Shown in pieces: positions 1-13,700 of a stretch of DNA of 64,000 bases; position 1 is the first letter of the stretch, and the number at the start of each line of letters is the position of its first letter. The stretch is from assembly GCA_002269645.1 (NCBI GenBank), contig NIVC01003421.1, forward strand, positions 34,570 through 98,569, given 5' to 3'. Below the pieces are notes generated by a model. It had not been told where the DNA came from and did no database searches. It saw nothing but the letters and a program-made list of their open reading frames with translations. A program made the translations under genes and the position numbers. The DNA is from Macrostomum lignano. Lineage: Eukaryota.

Positions 1-1490
<1,490 letters not shown>

Positions 1491-1630
1491 CTTAGCTTTT
1501 TTAGCGAATCGAAATGTCAAAAAAGGTTTTATTTACTATTAAGCTACTTCTGAGTAGCATAAGCGTATTGGAATTTTAATTAAAAAATCGTTGATTCAAT
1601 CGCTCTCTCGCCTTCTCGCCCTGTTTGCAG

Positions 1631-4600
1631 TCGCCGGTCGTCGCCAACTCGCCCTCGCCCAGACGCCGTGGCCGCCCGCCAAAGCAGTCCAAGCGTTCAA
1701 TATTAGCCAATTCTATTAATAACAATCGTTCCAGTAGCAAGGCAACGTCAATGCCGGCAACTTCAAAGGCTACAACATCGAAACCGACTCGGTCGTCGTC
1801 TCGTCGTCCCGCGGTCAGAGCAGACGCCGACGCCGCCCCGTCATCGTCTATGGCCGGTCCTTCCTATCAGTATCACCAGCAGCTGCAGCATCAAAGTCGG
1901 CGTAAACTGAAGCTGTCTGACGACTACCGGCCGCCCGAATGGCTGACCTCTACGCTGCCCAGGCACAGTCCTTACGTGCCGCAGATTGGCGACGAGATTG
2001 TGTACTTTAGGCAGGGCCATCAGCAGTACATTGATAGCGTCCAGGTGAGAATATGTGTTTACGTGTCGAAGGTTGTCGATAGCAGGTAAATATAAGCATA
2101 TATGATTGCTAGATGAGGGTTATTTAAAGATAAAATAGATGCATAGAATGTTCTAGAAACGTTTGAATGGAGATGGGTGATATAGTTAATTCTGGGATAG
2201 AGTTGGATGGGATAGAGGTTGATGGGATACAGGTTGATGGGATAGAGATGGATGGGATAGAGGTTGATGGGATAGAGGTTGATGGGATAGAGATGGATGG
2301 GATAGAGATGGATGGGATAGAGGTTGATGGGATACAGGTTGATGGGATACAGGTTGATGGGATAGAGATGGATGGGATAGAGGTTGATGGGATAGAGATG
2401 GATGGGATAGAGATGGATGGGATAGAGATGGATGGGATAGAGATGGATGGGATAGAGATGGATGGGATAGAGATGGATGGGATAGAGGTTGATGGGATAC
2501 AGGTTGATGGGATAGAGATGGATGGGATAGAGATGGATGGGATAGAGGTTGATGGGATACAGGTTGATGGGATACAGGTTGATGGGATAGAGATGGATGG
2601 GATAGAGGTTGATGGGATAGAGATGGATGGGATAGAGATGGATGGGATAGAGATGGATGGGATAGAGATGGATGGGATAGAGATGGATGGGATAGAGATG
2701 GATGGGATAGAGGTTGATGGGATACAGGTTGATGGGATAGAGATGGATGGGATAGAGGTTGATGGGATAGAGATGGATGGGATAGAGATGGATGGGATAG
2801 AGATGGATGGGATAGAGATGGATGGGATAGAGATGGATGGGATAGAGATGGATGGGATAGAGGTTGATGGGATAGAGATGGATGGGATAGAGATGGATGG
2901 GATAGAGGTTGATGGGATAGAGTTGGATGGGATAGAGATGGATGGGATAGAGGTTGATGGGATAGAGATGGATGGGATAGAGATGGATGGGATAGAGGTT
3001 GATGGGATAGAGTTGGATGGGATAGAGATGGATGGGATAGAGGTTGATGGGATAGAGATGGATGGGATAGAGATGGATGGGATAGAGGTTGATGGGATAG
3101 AGTTGGATGGGATAGAGATGGATGGGATAGAGGTTGATGGGATAGAGATGGATGGGATAGAGATGGATGGGATAGAGGTTGATGGGATAGAGTTGGATGG
3201 GATAGAGATGGATGGGATAGAGGTTGATGGGATAGAGGTTGATGGGATAGAGATGGATGGGATAGAGGTTGATGGGATACAGGTTGATGGGATACAGGTT
3301 GATGGGATAGAGATGGATGGGATAGAGGTTGATGGGATAGAGATGGATGGGATAGAGATGGATGGGATAGAGATGGATGGGATAGAGATGGATGGGATAG
3401 AGATGGATGGGATAGAGATGGATGGGATAGAGGTTGATGGGATACAGGTTGATGGGATAGAGATGGATGGGATAGAGGTTGATGGGATAGAGATGGATGG
3501 GATAGAGATGGATGGGATAGAGATGGATGGGATAGAGATGGATGGGATAGAGATGGATGGGATAGAGATGGATGGGATAGAGGTTGATGGGATAGAGATG
3601 GATGGGATAGAGATGGATGGGATAGAGGTTGATGGGATAGAGTTGGATGGGATAGAGATGGATGGGATAGAGGTTGATGGGATAGAGATGGATGGGATAG
3701 AGATGGATGGGATAGAGGTTGATGGGATAGAGTTGGATGGGATAGAGATGGATGGGATAGAGGTTGATGGGATAGAGATGGATGGGATAGAGATGGATGG
3801 GACAGAAATGGATCAGATGGAGATGGATTAGATGGTAGATAGATTTTATAGAGATAAATGGGATAGAGATCGATGCGATATAGGTAGAGGGAACGAGTGG
3901 TTTAGCATGGATTCAGGCGAAGGTTGCTAGGTAACTGTCGGTTACAAAATACATTAATATAAATTCCCACTTGAAACGTCAGCAAAACAATGGGTCATAA
4001 ATCATACAAAAAATTTTCTATCAGGCTATCGATGCCTACAAAGTTGACCGCGAACTGCCCTGGTTGCGAATGCCCGACCTGTCGCCACACGAGCAAATGA
4101 AAGTGTCCGGTATGAAGCCTTTGTTAACAAAATCGCCTCGCTTAGTACAAATGACCCTGGCATTCGCTGACGGCTCTCGAGGCAAATTTCAATTACGCTT
4201 TCACGACATGGACAACGTGCTGGATTTTATGGTCCTGCGTCAGACTTACGATCGAGCGTTGGAGCGGAACTGGCAGGTTGGAGATCGATTTCGGGCCATT
4301 ATCGACGACTATTGGTGGTCGGGAACCATTGTGGGCATAGCGGCTCACGATGCAGCGTTCCCGGAATCTCACTGGCTCAGCGTTCGAGCTAAATGGGATA
4401 ACGATGGCAGTGAGGAGAACTTGAGTCTGTGGGATCTGCATCCGCTGAATGTTGGAGAGGATGGGTGAGTAGTTCTCTATGGCCCCATATGATCCTCTTA
4501 TGAACGTCTGTCTATGACTCACTTATGAGCATCTGTCTATAACCTTATGAGCGTCTGTCTATGACCCGCTTATGAGCGTTTGTCTATAATCCACTCATTA

Positions 4601-5830
4601 GCGTCTGTCTATGACCCACTTATGAGCGTCTGTCTATAACCCACTTATGTGCATCTGTCTATGACCCACTATGAGCGTCTGTCTATATGACCCACTTATG
4701 AGCGTCTGTCTATGACCCACTTATGAGCGTCTGTCTATGACCCACTTATGAGCGTCTGTCTATAACCCACTTATGAGCGTCTGTCTATGACCCACTTATG
4801 AGCGTCTGTCTATATGACCCTCTTATGAGCGTCTGTCTATGACCCACTTATGAGCGTCTGTCTATGACCTTCTTATGAGCGTCTGTCTATGACCTTATGA
4901 GCGTCTGTCTATGATCTTATGAGCGTCCGTCTATGGACTTCTTATGAGCGTCAGTCTATGACACACTTATAAGCGTCTATGACCCTCTTATGGACCTCTG
5001 TCAATGACCTTAGGATATTACGAATAATAATAAAAGTACAAACAACAATAATGCCAACAATGAATTTCCAGCTCGGAAGCGGAAGCCGCCGAGAACCGGC
5101 CCGTCACCGCCGCGGAATTTGCCAGCCTCCAGTACACCCCATGTCCGCGCGAATGGCCTCACCCCGACGGTCGACCAGCCGATTGTGCCAGACTAGCCGC
5201 TGCCCTCGACTACCTAATCGATCTGCCCGTATTCGCTGAGTTCGCCAAGCCAGTAGACTTGGAACTGTATCCAACCTATGGATTTATGATTGCCTATCCA
5301 ATCGATTTGAGCACCATCCGGAGCCGCCTAAGGAACATGTACTATCGTCGGCTATTGTCTGTGCAATACGATGTTCGATTTCTAGCTAACAATGCCGAGT
5401 ACTTTAATGAGGCCGAAACCGTGATTGTTAGACGAGCCCGGCTGCTCACCGATCTGCTGTTGGAGTTTATTAGCAAGACCGACTGCTCGGATATTGGCCA
5501 GCTCCATCGAGAGATGCTGGATAGCCTTGATGAGGAGCATCGCAACGGATTGCATTTGAGCGAGTTTGAAGACGATGAGGAAGAGGAACCGCCGGATGCT
5601 GAGGGTGGCAGTGGCGACGGTAGCGAAGGTGACGCTTCGATTGAGAGCGAAGGCGATTTGGCCTCGGCTGATGAGGACGAGGAGGATGAGGCTGCGGAGG
5701 CTGTGCCCAGGAAGCGGAAGAGAATTTCTAGCGATGTAGATGTGAGTGGCAGTTTGATAAAATGCCTGTCTGTCTGTCTGCCTGTCTGTCTGTCTGTCTG
5801 TCTGTCTGTATTTCTGTCTGTCTGTCTGCC

Positions 5831-5871
<41 letters not shown>

Positions 5872-5956
5872 GGCTGTCTGTCTGTCTGTCTGCCTGTCTG
5901 TCTGTCTGCCTGTCTGTCTGTCTGTCTGTGTCTGTCTGCCTGTCTGTCTGTCTGCC

Positions 5957-6018
<62 letters not shown>

Positions 6019-8571
6019 GCTATGTCTGGCGCTGGGTCAGGCAGATAGGACGGCCCCAAACCTGCCAATATTTCTTATCCTTTAATATTTCCACTGCTCA
6101 GGTTGCCGCCGGTCAGCCTCATCAGGAGGAGCAGCAGCCGGGCGCCGATCCCGAAGCTTCATCATCGCTCCCAGCGGATGGGCCGCCCCTGTGGACCCGG
6201 TTGTGCTACCGGGTGCTGGCCAAGCTCACCCAGCGAGACGAGTCCCTGCCCTTCCAGCAGCCAGTGGATCTGGAAGCCTATCCAGACTATTTAGACGTGG
6301 TCTCCGATCCCATAGATTTAAGCACAGCCCGGCAACGCCTTAGCAACGGTTGCTACGCAAGTCCGTTGGATTTTTTCCGCGATCTACAGAGAATGTTTAG
6401 CAACTCTCGGGCCTACAATACTGTGCCAACTTCGAGAATTTATCAGATGACGCTGAGCCTGCAACGGGAATTTGAACGACTAATGAGCGGCGCTTTGAAA
6501 CGATGGCGCCGATTGCGAGCGCGCGGTCTCGACGGCTCGGCTGGCGCCGCTGCTGCCGCCGCCTCCACAGGTGGTGCATCTGGTGCCAGATGTAGACCAA
6601 CCAGGCGTCAGCAGCCGCAGCAGCAGCAGAGAAGCTCCAGAATTAGAGAACGGAGACGAAAACAGGCGTCAGTTGAGTCGGTTGCGGCTCCGACGGTTGG
6701 CAAACGAAATCTTCAGCGGGATCGGCAGCAGCAACAGCAGCAACAGCAGCAGCAGAATTTGCGAAAGAAAGCCACTGCGGCACCGAATCGAGGCAGATCG
6801 GCTGCGGCTTCCTCGTCGTCCTCGGCTGGATTGGGAAGCGGCGGCGGCGGACTGAGGAAGCGAGTTGCCCAGGTGGGATTTTATTATGTTTTTCTTTCCT
6901 GCGTCTAATTTCCTATATAAGAGTCCAATAATCCCCATTACCAAGTCCCATGATCCCACTTCCCAGTCCCATGATCCCATTTCTCAATCCCATGATCCCA
7001 TTTCTCAATCCCATGATCCCATTTCTCAATCCCATGATCCCACTTCCCAATCCCATGATCCCACTTCCCAATCCCATGATTCCACTTCCCAATCCCATGA
7101 TCCCACTTCCCAATCCCATGATCCCACTTCCCAATCCCATGATCCCATTTCCCTATCCCATGAACCCATTTCCCTATCCCGTGATCCCATTTCTCAATCC
7201 CATGATCCCACTTCCCAATCCCATGATCCCATTTCCCTATCCCATGAACCCATTTCCCTATCCCGTGATCCCATTTTTCAATCCCATGATCCCATTTCTC
7301 AATTCCATGATCCCACTTCCCAATCCCATGATCCCACTTCCCAATCCCATGATCCCCATTTCCCAATCCAGTGATCCCATTTCCCAATCCAATGATCCCA
7401 TTTCCCAATCCCATGATCCCATTTCCCAATACCATGATCCGATTTCCCTATCCCATTTCCCATTCCCAGTCGCACAATTGTACTTCCCAATCTCATGATC
7501 CCATTTCTCAATCCCATGATCCCATTTCCCAATACCATGATCCGATTTCCCAATCCCATGATCCGATTTCCCAATCCCATGATCCCATTTCTCAATCCCA
7601 TGATCCCATTTCCCAATACCATGATCCGATTTCCTAATCCCATGATCCAATTTCCCAATCCCATGATCCCATTTCCCAATACCATGATCCGATTTCCCAA
7701 TACCATGATCCGATTTCCCAATCCCATGATCCCCATTTCCCAATCCCATGATCCCACTTCCCAATCCCATGATCCCCATTTCCAAATCCCATGATCCCAC
7801 TTCCCAATCCCATGATCCCATTTCCCAATCCCATGATCCCACTTCCCAATCCCATGATCCCACTTCCCAATCCCATGATCCCCATTTCCCAGTCCCACAA
7901 TTCAACTTTCCAATCCCATGATCTCTTCACTAATCAACCAAACCCAGTGTAAGACTCACCTGCTCATCAAAAAATCTATCCAGGTGAACTACTGCGAATC
8001 AGACGACGACGATGATGATTCGGACGAAGACCACGACGCTGAAAACGACATGGACAGCGCCGGGGACCGCTGCAACCACGGCACCGACAATGACAACTCA
8101 AACAACTCCAACATGGACAGCTCAGTTGACCAAAAGCATCATCCGCGTACCAGACGTCGTGTACAGCTTCAAGAGCGTCGTCGACTTCGACGCCAGCGGC
8201 ATCAGGTGGCGGTGGCGGCGTCTACTCGGCCAAAACGACCTCGACGAGCTGTGATGGTGGACACCTCGGAGGATGAGCAGCAGCAGCAGCAGCCGGTTGC
8301 TCAGTTAGAAGACGAGGACAGTCAACAAGCCAGACGGAAGCGTCAACGACGCCAGTCTCCTGAACAGCAGCAGTCTGCCAGCGGTCGACCATTGCGTCGG
8401 CATCGACCAGATTATCGAGCCATGCTAGAAGGAGACGATGAAAATGTCGATGACAGCGACGAAGGCGCTTCTGAGATTCAGAATAATGCCGATACTAATG
8501 ATGATGAAGCACCTGCCGAGGTTGATGCTGAAGGTAACGACGACTCGTCTGCGAAGTCTGATGAAGATTAA
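1631..8571 (+). CDS. BRWD3: Bromodomain and WD-repeat protein (BRWD1/PHIP/BRWD3 family), 3' portion; the WD40 exons lie upstream of the window
   Basis: GT-AG exons 1631-2044, 4025-4464, 5072-5741, 6102-6872, 7984-8571 join in frame (2883 nt, stop TAA at 8571). Motifs: PYVPQIGDEIVYFRQGH, FMVLRQTYDRALERNWQVGDRFR, DDYWWSGTI, SLWDLHP (central Tudor-like region); bromodomain 1 (YPIDLSTIRSRL...NAEYFN); bromodomain 2 (PFQQPVDLEAYPDYLDVVSDPIDLST...NSRAYN); acidic/basic tail. Family assignment is from recalled similarity to PHIP/BRWD. Confidence 0.93.
2190..3805. repeat. 15-bp tandem repeat (GATGGGATAGAGATG / GATGGGATAGAGGTT), intronic
   Basis: About 105 copies between the donor at 2045 and the acceptor at 4024; source of the spurious 554-aa DGIEM ORF. 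Confidence 0.97.
4490..4990. repeat. ~25-bp minisatellite (TTATGAGCGTCTGTCTATGACCCAC), intronic
   Basis: About 20 degenerate copies in BRWD intron 4465-5071. Confidence 0.95.
5765..6020. repeat. (TCTG)n microsatellite, intronic
   Basis: Between donor GTGAGT at 5742 and acceptor at 6101. Confidence 0.95.
6930..7925. repeat. 21-22 bp minisatellite (CCCATGATCCCACTTCCCAAT), intronic
   Basis: About 45 copies in intron 6873-7983; explains the overlapping repeat ORFs at 6865-7930. Confidence 0.96.
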
Positions 8572-8751
8572 TGATTCTAAATCTGATTATATCTCAATCT
8601 CACTAGCGCTGTGTGAGTCGTAGATTATGAAGACAAAATCGATTTGGTTATTATTTGAATTAAACTAGTCACAGATTGGTGACTTTAGCTTAGAGACGAT
8701 CGATTTAGTGTACGTCGCTTCTAGAGTGTACATTGCAATTGCGATGCCATT

Positions 8752-9283
8752 GGGAATGTACATTGCTGGCGTGAGAGGCAGTCGATAAGGAATGTACATT
8801 GGGAATGCACATTGCTGGCCTTAGAGGCGATCGAAAAGCAATGTACAGTGGGGATGTACATTGCTGGCGAGAGAGGCAGTCGATCAGGAATGTACACTGG
8901 GAATGCACATTGCTGGCCTTAGAGGCGATCGATACGCAATGTACAGTGGGGATGTACATTGCTGGCGTGAGAGGCAGTCGATAAGGAATGTACACTGGGA
9001 ATGCACATTGCTGGCCTTAGAGGCGATCGAAAAGCAATGTACAGTGGGGATGTACATTGCTGGCGTGAGAGGCAGTCGATAAGGAATGTACATTGGGAAT
9101 GCACATTGCTGGCCTTAGAGGCGATCGATACGCAATGTACAGTGGGGATGTACATTGCTGGCGTGAGAGGCAGTCGATAAGGAATGTACATTGGGAATGC
9201 ACATTGCTGGCCTTAGAGGCGATCGATACGCAATGTACAGTGGGGATGTACATTGCTGGCGTGAGAGGCAGTCGATAAGGAAT
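8752..9283. repeat. 98-bp tandem repeat made of two related half-units, downstream of the BRWD stop
   Basis: About 5.5 copies; both halves contain RCATTGCTGGC.TKAGAGGC; the 98-bp period is also visible in the ORF-track offsets. Confidence 0.93.
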
Positions 9284-10514
9284 AAGACACAATTTAGACT
9301 GTACCGTTAATATTATTTGCTAATACACGAACTAAGATGTGCCTACAGTTGCTGCTGTGCTTATGTTTGCTGTGTGATCTATAAATTTGTTGCCGACAAA
9401 ATGTGCACGGTTATTATTTGTATTGTTAATTACAAGTGTAATGCAGTTATGAATACTAGCAGGAATTTGTAAAGAAACCAATAACTATTTTCATTAACTT
9501 GCAAGGTTTTATTTTCATAGCATATGTAATTTATGCTTTCTTGATAGTGTAAATGCTTTTCTTACTACTTATTAACAGTAGTATGCTGTGTCCGAATTCG
9601 GCTCTCTCTAGTATAAATAGTTGGCTTTTATTTATTTCATTTTCCTATTGTTAGTGTAAGCGTTGGCAATTACCTTTTTTGTCTTTTCTGACTTTCCTTC
9701 TGTCATATTTGTACAGTGCCATATATTAACTAATTACGATTGTATGGCCATTGTTTCATCTTGTTTTAATCATTTTCTCTGTGCCAACTTGCTCTTTCCG
9801 GACTATGAATAATAACAATTAGCAATATTTTAGCATCCCCAAATCACCCGTCTTTGGGTGTTATTTTTGTTTTAATAGTTTGAAAATGTGAACTGAAAAT
9901 TAAAATTATATTTATATTCTGTTGGACTTGTATATACGTGTATTCTAATAAATTATCCTCAGTAATATTATTAATAATGCTTATCTGTCTCTGCAACGCC
10001 TTGATTTATTATCGATTTTATTGTAGTATACAAGACTAGATTTTTGTAGACCATAGCTTCGTATGTGGTCTACACATACGAAGTTCAGTAGTAAGTTGAG
10101 CAGGAGCATTTTAATGTATTTTAAAGCCAAGGCTCATTTATTGGCTCTTACCCCTCCCCAGCTTAAACCATCCGACCACCTTTCCACACTACCCCCCGCC
10201 CCGCCCCAATTTTTATTGCCTTTCTCGGAATTCCAGCCTAAAGCTGCCATGTACATTTCAGTGGACTGACTAATGTACATTATTGCTGAACCAATTAGCA
10301 AGTTGTTTACGCCTGCAAGCTTGGGCTTCTAGGCTTATCAAAGTCATTTCAGCTGCCTTGTTTTTATGAAATAGTTTATGTATTCTTCTTTGCTACTGAA
10401 CTGAAAGTAGAAAGCTGTTTTACTAAGTATATATGCCTGAGTGGCCCATCTAGGTATTTTAGTATGTGTGGTATGTACTAATGCTAATCAGTAGGGAGTA
10501 GGGGGCCCACTAGA

Positions 10515-10775
10515 GGGTTTTTAGCCTAGTGGTTAGAGCGTCGGACTTACGACTTGAAGGTCGGGAGTTCGATTCCTGATCCCACTGGAACAATTTGTGT
10601 CATTGAGCAAGACAAGAAGACACTTAACTCTGTATTGCTTCAGTGTTCGCCCAGCTGTAAAATGGGTGCCAGCATTAGCTGGGGTAATTGAGGCTGTGTG
10701 GCGACCCCCCAGTCCTTGGACTGAACAGCCGTGGCTGAGCTGTCGGTTGCACATCTGCTCATTAGCGCAGGTGTA
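10515..10775 (+). mobile_element. tRNA-derived SINE with CORE-like central domain (copy 1)
   Basis: A-box TAGCCTAGTGG and B-box GAGTTCGATTCC, then TTGAGCAAGAC...ACTTAACTC...CTTCAGT...CAGCTGTAAAATGGG resembling the CORE-SINE consensus; second copy at 44340-44625. Confidence 0.8.
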
Positions 10776-10986
10776 ATCAATTATTATAACGATTCATTTT
10801 AGCTTTGTAGTTTGTATTTTCGCGTTCACTTTAGATTAACTCAAGCTTATCTCTAAAGAGTAATAATTATACTAATTGCTGTATTGGTATAATTAAAGTA
10901 ATAAAAACAATTTATTTACAATAAATTACCTGTGATAAGAACACGCGCAATCTAATTATCTGTGCTTTTCTGTCAGCCGTCGTCTC

Positions 10987-13110
10987 ATGGCCGCTCTTCG
11001 TCTGGAATCGAACAAAACCGCGACACATTGCTCACCGTCTTCAGTACCTGCTGAGTCTGCTCTGTCCAGCTTTGTTAATCTTGAGCGCATTGTCCTGGAT
11101 CTAGAGAGCCAATCCATATCCAGAATCGAATTGCCAGCTAAATCAGACGGCATTGAAAAATGCAATCAGTCCGGCACTTTAACTAAACTCCTCCATTTAA
11201 AACCAGTTGTTAAATTGACTCGATTGAAAATCTTACCTGCAGCCAATCGCTGTTCAAGCCAAATCGACCAGCCTAGGCAATGGATTATATCAGCCTCCAT
11301 ATTGCCTTACACGCCTCAGGTTGGCGATCTGGCTGTTTACTTAGCTGACGCCCACACCGGCTGGTTTAATAATTATCGACAGAAGCATAAACTCGTTGCT
11401 CCTACTTATAGTAGTAAACTTTTTGAAGAAACACCCGACGCTGTTAGACCCGAGCGAGCTGTGGTCCGAGTGCGCGGCATTCGCTACGTCCAATGTCGGA
11501 AACCCGACCAGCCAGCCGACTGGTTGATGCGGCTGCGCCTGAGAATTATCGGTGAAAATTGTGCTCAATCTAAATCAACAGTGCCAGAATTTATTGATGT
11601 CACCTGGCCTTTGATTGGTAGTAATTCTACAGAGTCTAGCAGCCTTGCTACGCCACAGTTTCTTGTGCCTCATTCTGTCTATAATGCTGCTATGCAAATG
11701 CAGTGGCACGTTGGTGACAAGTGTCGTTACCGCTGTTGTCATGGCAACAATAGTAAAGCGGAGTCTGACCGACTTGGCACAGTGCTGGGGTTTGACAAAC
11801 AAAATCTAGTCAGCGGCTGGCGTTGCGTCAGAGTTCAGTGGGATGATGAAGTCGGCGAGGATCGTGTCAGCCCGTGGGAGATGCTGCCGGTTAGTGAAAT
11901 TTGTGTTTGAGTCTGTTTATCCGCGCTTGTAGTCTGTTTATCCACTCCTTGAGGCTTCGGTCTGTTTATCCGCTCCTTGAGGCTTGAGTCGGTTTATCCG
12001 CTCTCTAAGTCTGACTATCCACTCTTCGAGTCTGTTTATACGCTCTTTGAGTCTGTTTATCCTCTCTTCGAGTCTGTTTATCCGCTCTTTGAGTCTGTTT
12101 ATCCTCTCTTTGAGTCTGTTTATCCGCTCTTTGAGTCTGTTTATCCGCTCTTTGAGTCTGTTTATCCTCTCTTTGAGTCTGTTTATCCTCTCTTTGAGTC
12201 TGTTTATTCTCTCTTTGAGTCTGTTTATCCGCTCTTTGAGTCTGTTTATCCTCTCTTTGAGTCTGTTTATCCGCTCTTTGAGTCTGTTTATCCGCTCTTT
12301 GAGTCTGTTTATCCGCTCTTTGAGTCTGTTTATCCGCTCTTTGAGTCTGTTTTTCCTCTCTTTGAGTCTGTTTATCCGCTCTTTGAGTCTGTTTATCCGC
12401 TCTTTGAGTCTGTTTATCCTCTCTTTGAGTCTGTTTATCCGGTCTTTGAGTCTGTTTATCCCGTCTTTGAGTCTGTCTCTATTCCATAAATCTCTGAGAA
12501 GTTGCCTGTTTTAACTCTGAATACCATGACCTATATTTAAAGTTCAGTTGCCTTAATTATCTCGCATAAATTTCAACCAACCCCAAAACAGTTGGACCAA
12601 GACAACGCGACAAAGACTGCCGTTTTGTCGACAACCGAATCTGCCTCATCTCGGCGCTCAGAGTCGCTACTGCTGGACCGCATGCTCTCCTGTCTTCAAG
12701 AATGTCGCCGACCCTGCTGGCGTCGCCTGTTCGGCCTCGCTTTCTTAGCCGATCGTCGACCTCGCCGTTGTCAGAAGAGTTGGAAATCGAATTTTCCACT
12801 AAGCGTTTCCATGGTGACGAAGCGGCTTCGACTTGGACAGTATCGGCATTCGCTGGCCGTTTTGCACGACTTAGCCGCTCTGTGCACCAACTATCGGAAG
12901 CGTTGGAGACTCGCCTATCGTACTGGCAGCGTCCGGAACACGGCCGAGGCGGCGATCGACGTTAAACGAGCCAGTCTGCTCTGCGACTCTGTAGCCGTTT
13001 GTTGCAGCCGGCTGGGCCAAGGAATTCAGGAGGATGAGAATTTGCGACAGATGCTGCTTGTGCCTGGCAGGGAAGGCCTGCTGCCCTTAGTTACCGGCGT
13101 GTTCCGCTGA
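10987..13110 (+). CDS. Diverged BRWD-like protein (Tudor-like module + degenerate bromodomain, no WD40), predicted 473 aa in two exons
   Basis: Exon 10987-11889 (donor GTTAGT) joins in phase 0 to exon 12592-13110 (acceptor ...CCCCAAAACAG). Motifs PYTPQVGDLAVY, FLVPHSVYNAAMQMQWHVGDKCR, WDDEVGEDRVSPWEMLP and FPLSVSMVTKRLRLGQYRHSLAVLHDL align with the upstream BRWD gene in the same order. Confidence 0.8.
11915..12478. repeat. 21-bp minisatellite (GAGTCTGTTTATCCGCTCTTT) in the paralog's intron
   Basis: About 26 copies; source of the FESVYPL ORF. Confidence 0.96.
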
Positions 13111-13299
13111 AACTGATTAGTTAATGTTGTGCATGAACCTTCATCAAACCATATTTATTGATAAGATTCTTAATCTACCTCTTTAGCGAAGATTTTCTAA
13201 CGGTTGAGTTTGGGGTGAAGGTGGCTGTCCTTGCCCCAATCAATAATATTGTTAAGGTCGGGTGTCTGGAATAAAATCAATATATTTTTATCAAAACCC

Positions 13300-13700
13300 A
13301 GTTGGGGTGGGTGTCTTGGCTAAATCGATCGATATTGAAGTGGGATGGGTGTCTTGGCTAAATCGATCGATATTGAAGTGGGATGGGTGTCTTGGCTAAA
13401 TCGATCGATATTGAAGTGGGATGGGTGTCTTGGCTAAATCGATCGATATTGAAGTGGGATGGGTGTCTTGGCTAAACCGATCGATATTGAAGTGGGATGG
13501 GTGTCTTGGCTAAACCGATCGATATTGAAGTGGGATGGGTGTCTTGGCTAAACCGATCGATATTGAAGTAGGATGGGTGTCTTGGCTAAACCGATCGATA
13601 TTGAAGTGGGATGGGTGTCTTGGCTAAACCGATCGATATTGAAGTGGGATGGGTGTCTTGGCTAAATCGATCGATATTGAAGTAGGGGTGGGTGTCTTGT
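13300..13700. repeat. 38-bp minisatellite (GTGGGATGGGTGTCTTGGCTAAAYCGATCGATATTGAA), array 1
   Basis: About 10 near-identical copies; related array at 15985-16560. Confidence 0.95.

Noticed and set aside
2167-3831. 554-aa DGIEM-repeat ORF
   Set aside because: Translation of a 15-bp tandem repeat lying between canonical BRWD splice sites.
6865-7930. Many overlapping ORFs on both strands (similarly at 11977-12514, 14305-15097, 21381-21943, 33540-35114, 45213-45824)
   Set aside because: Minisatellite translations with no domain similarity.
10520-10595. tRNA-Val-like gene
   Set aside because: Mismatched anticodon stem, no acceptor stem or terminator, and it continues into a SINE body shared with 44340-44625.
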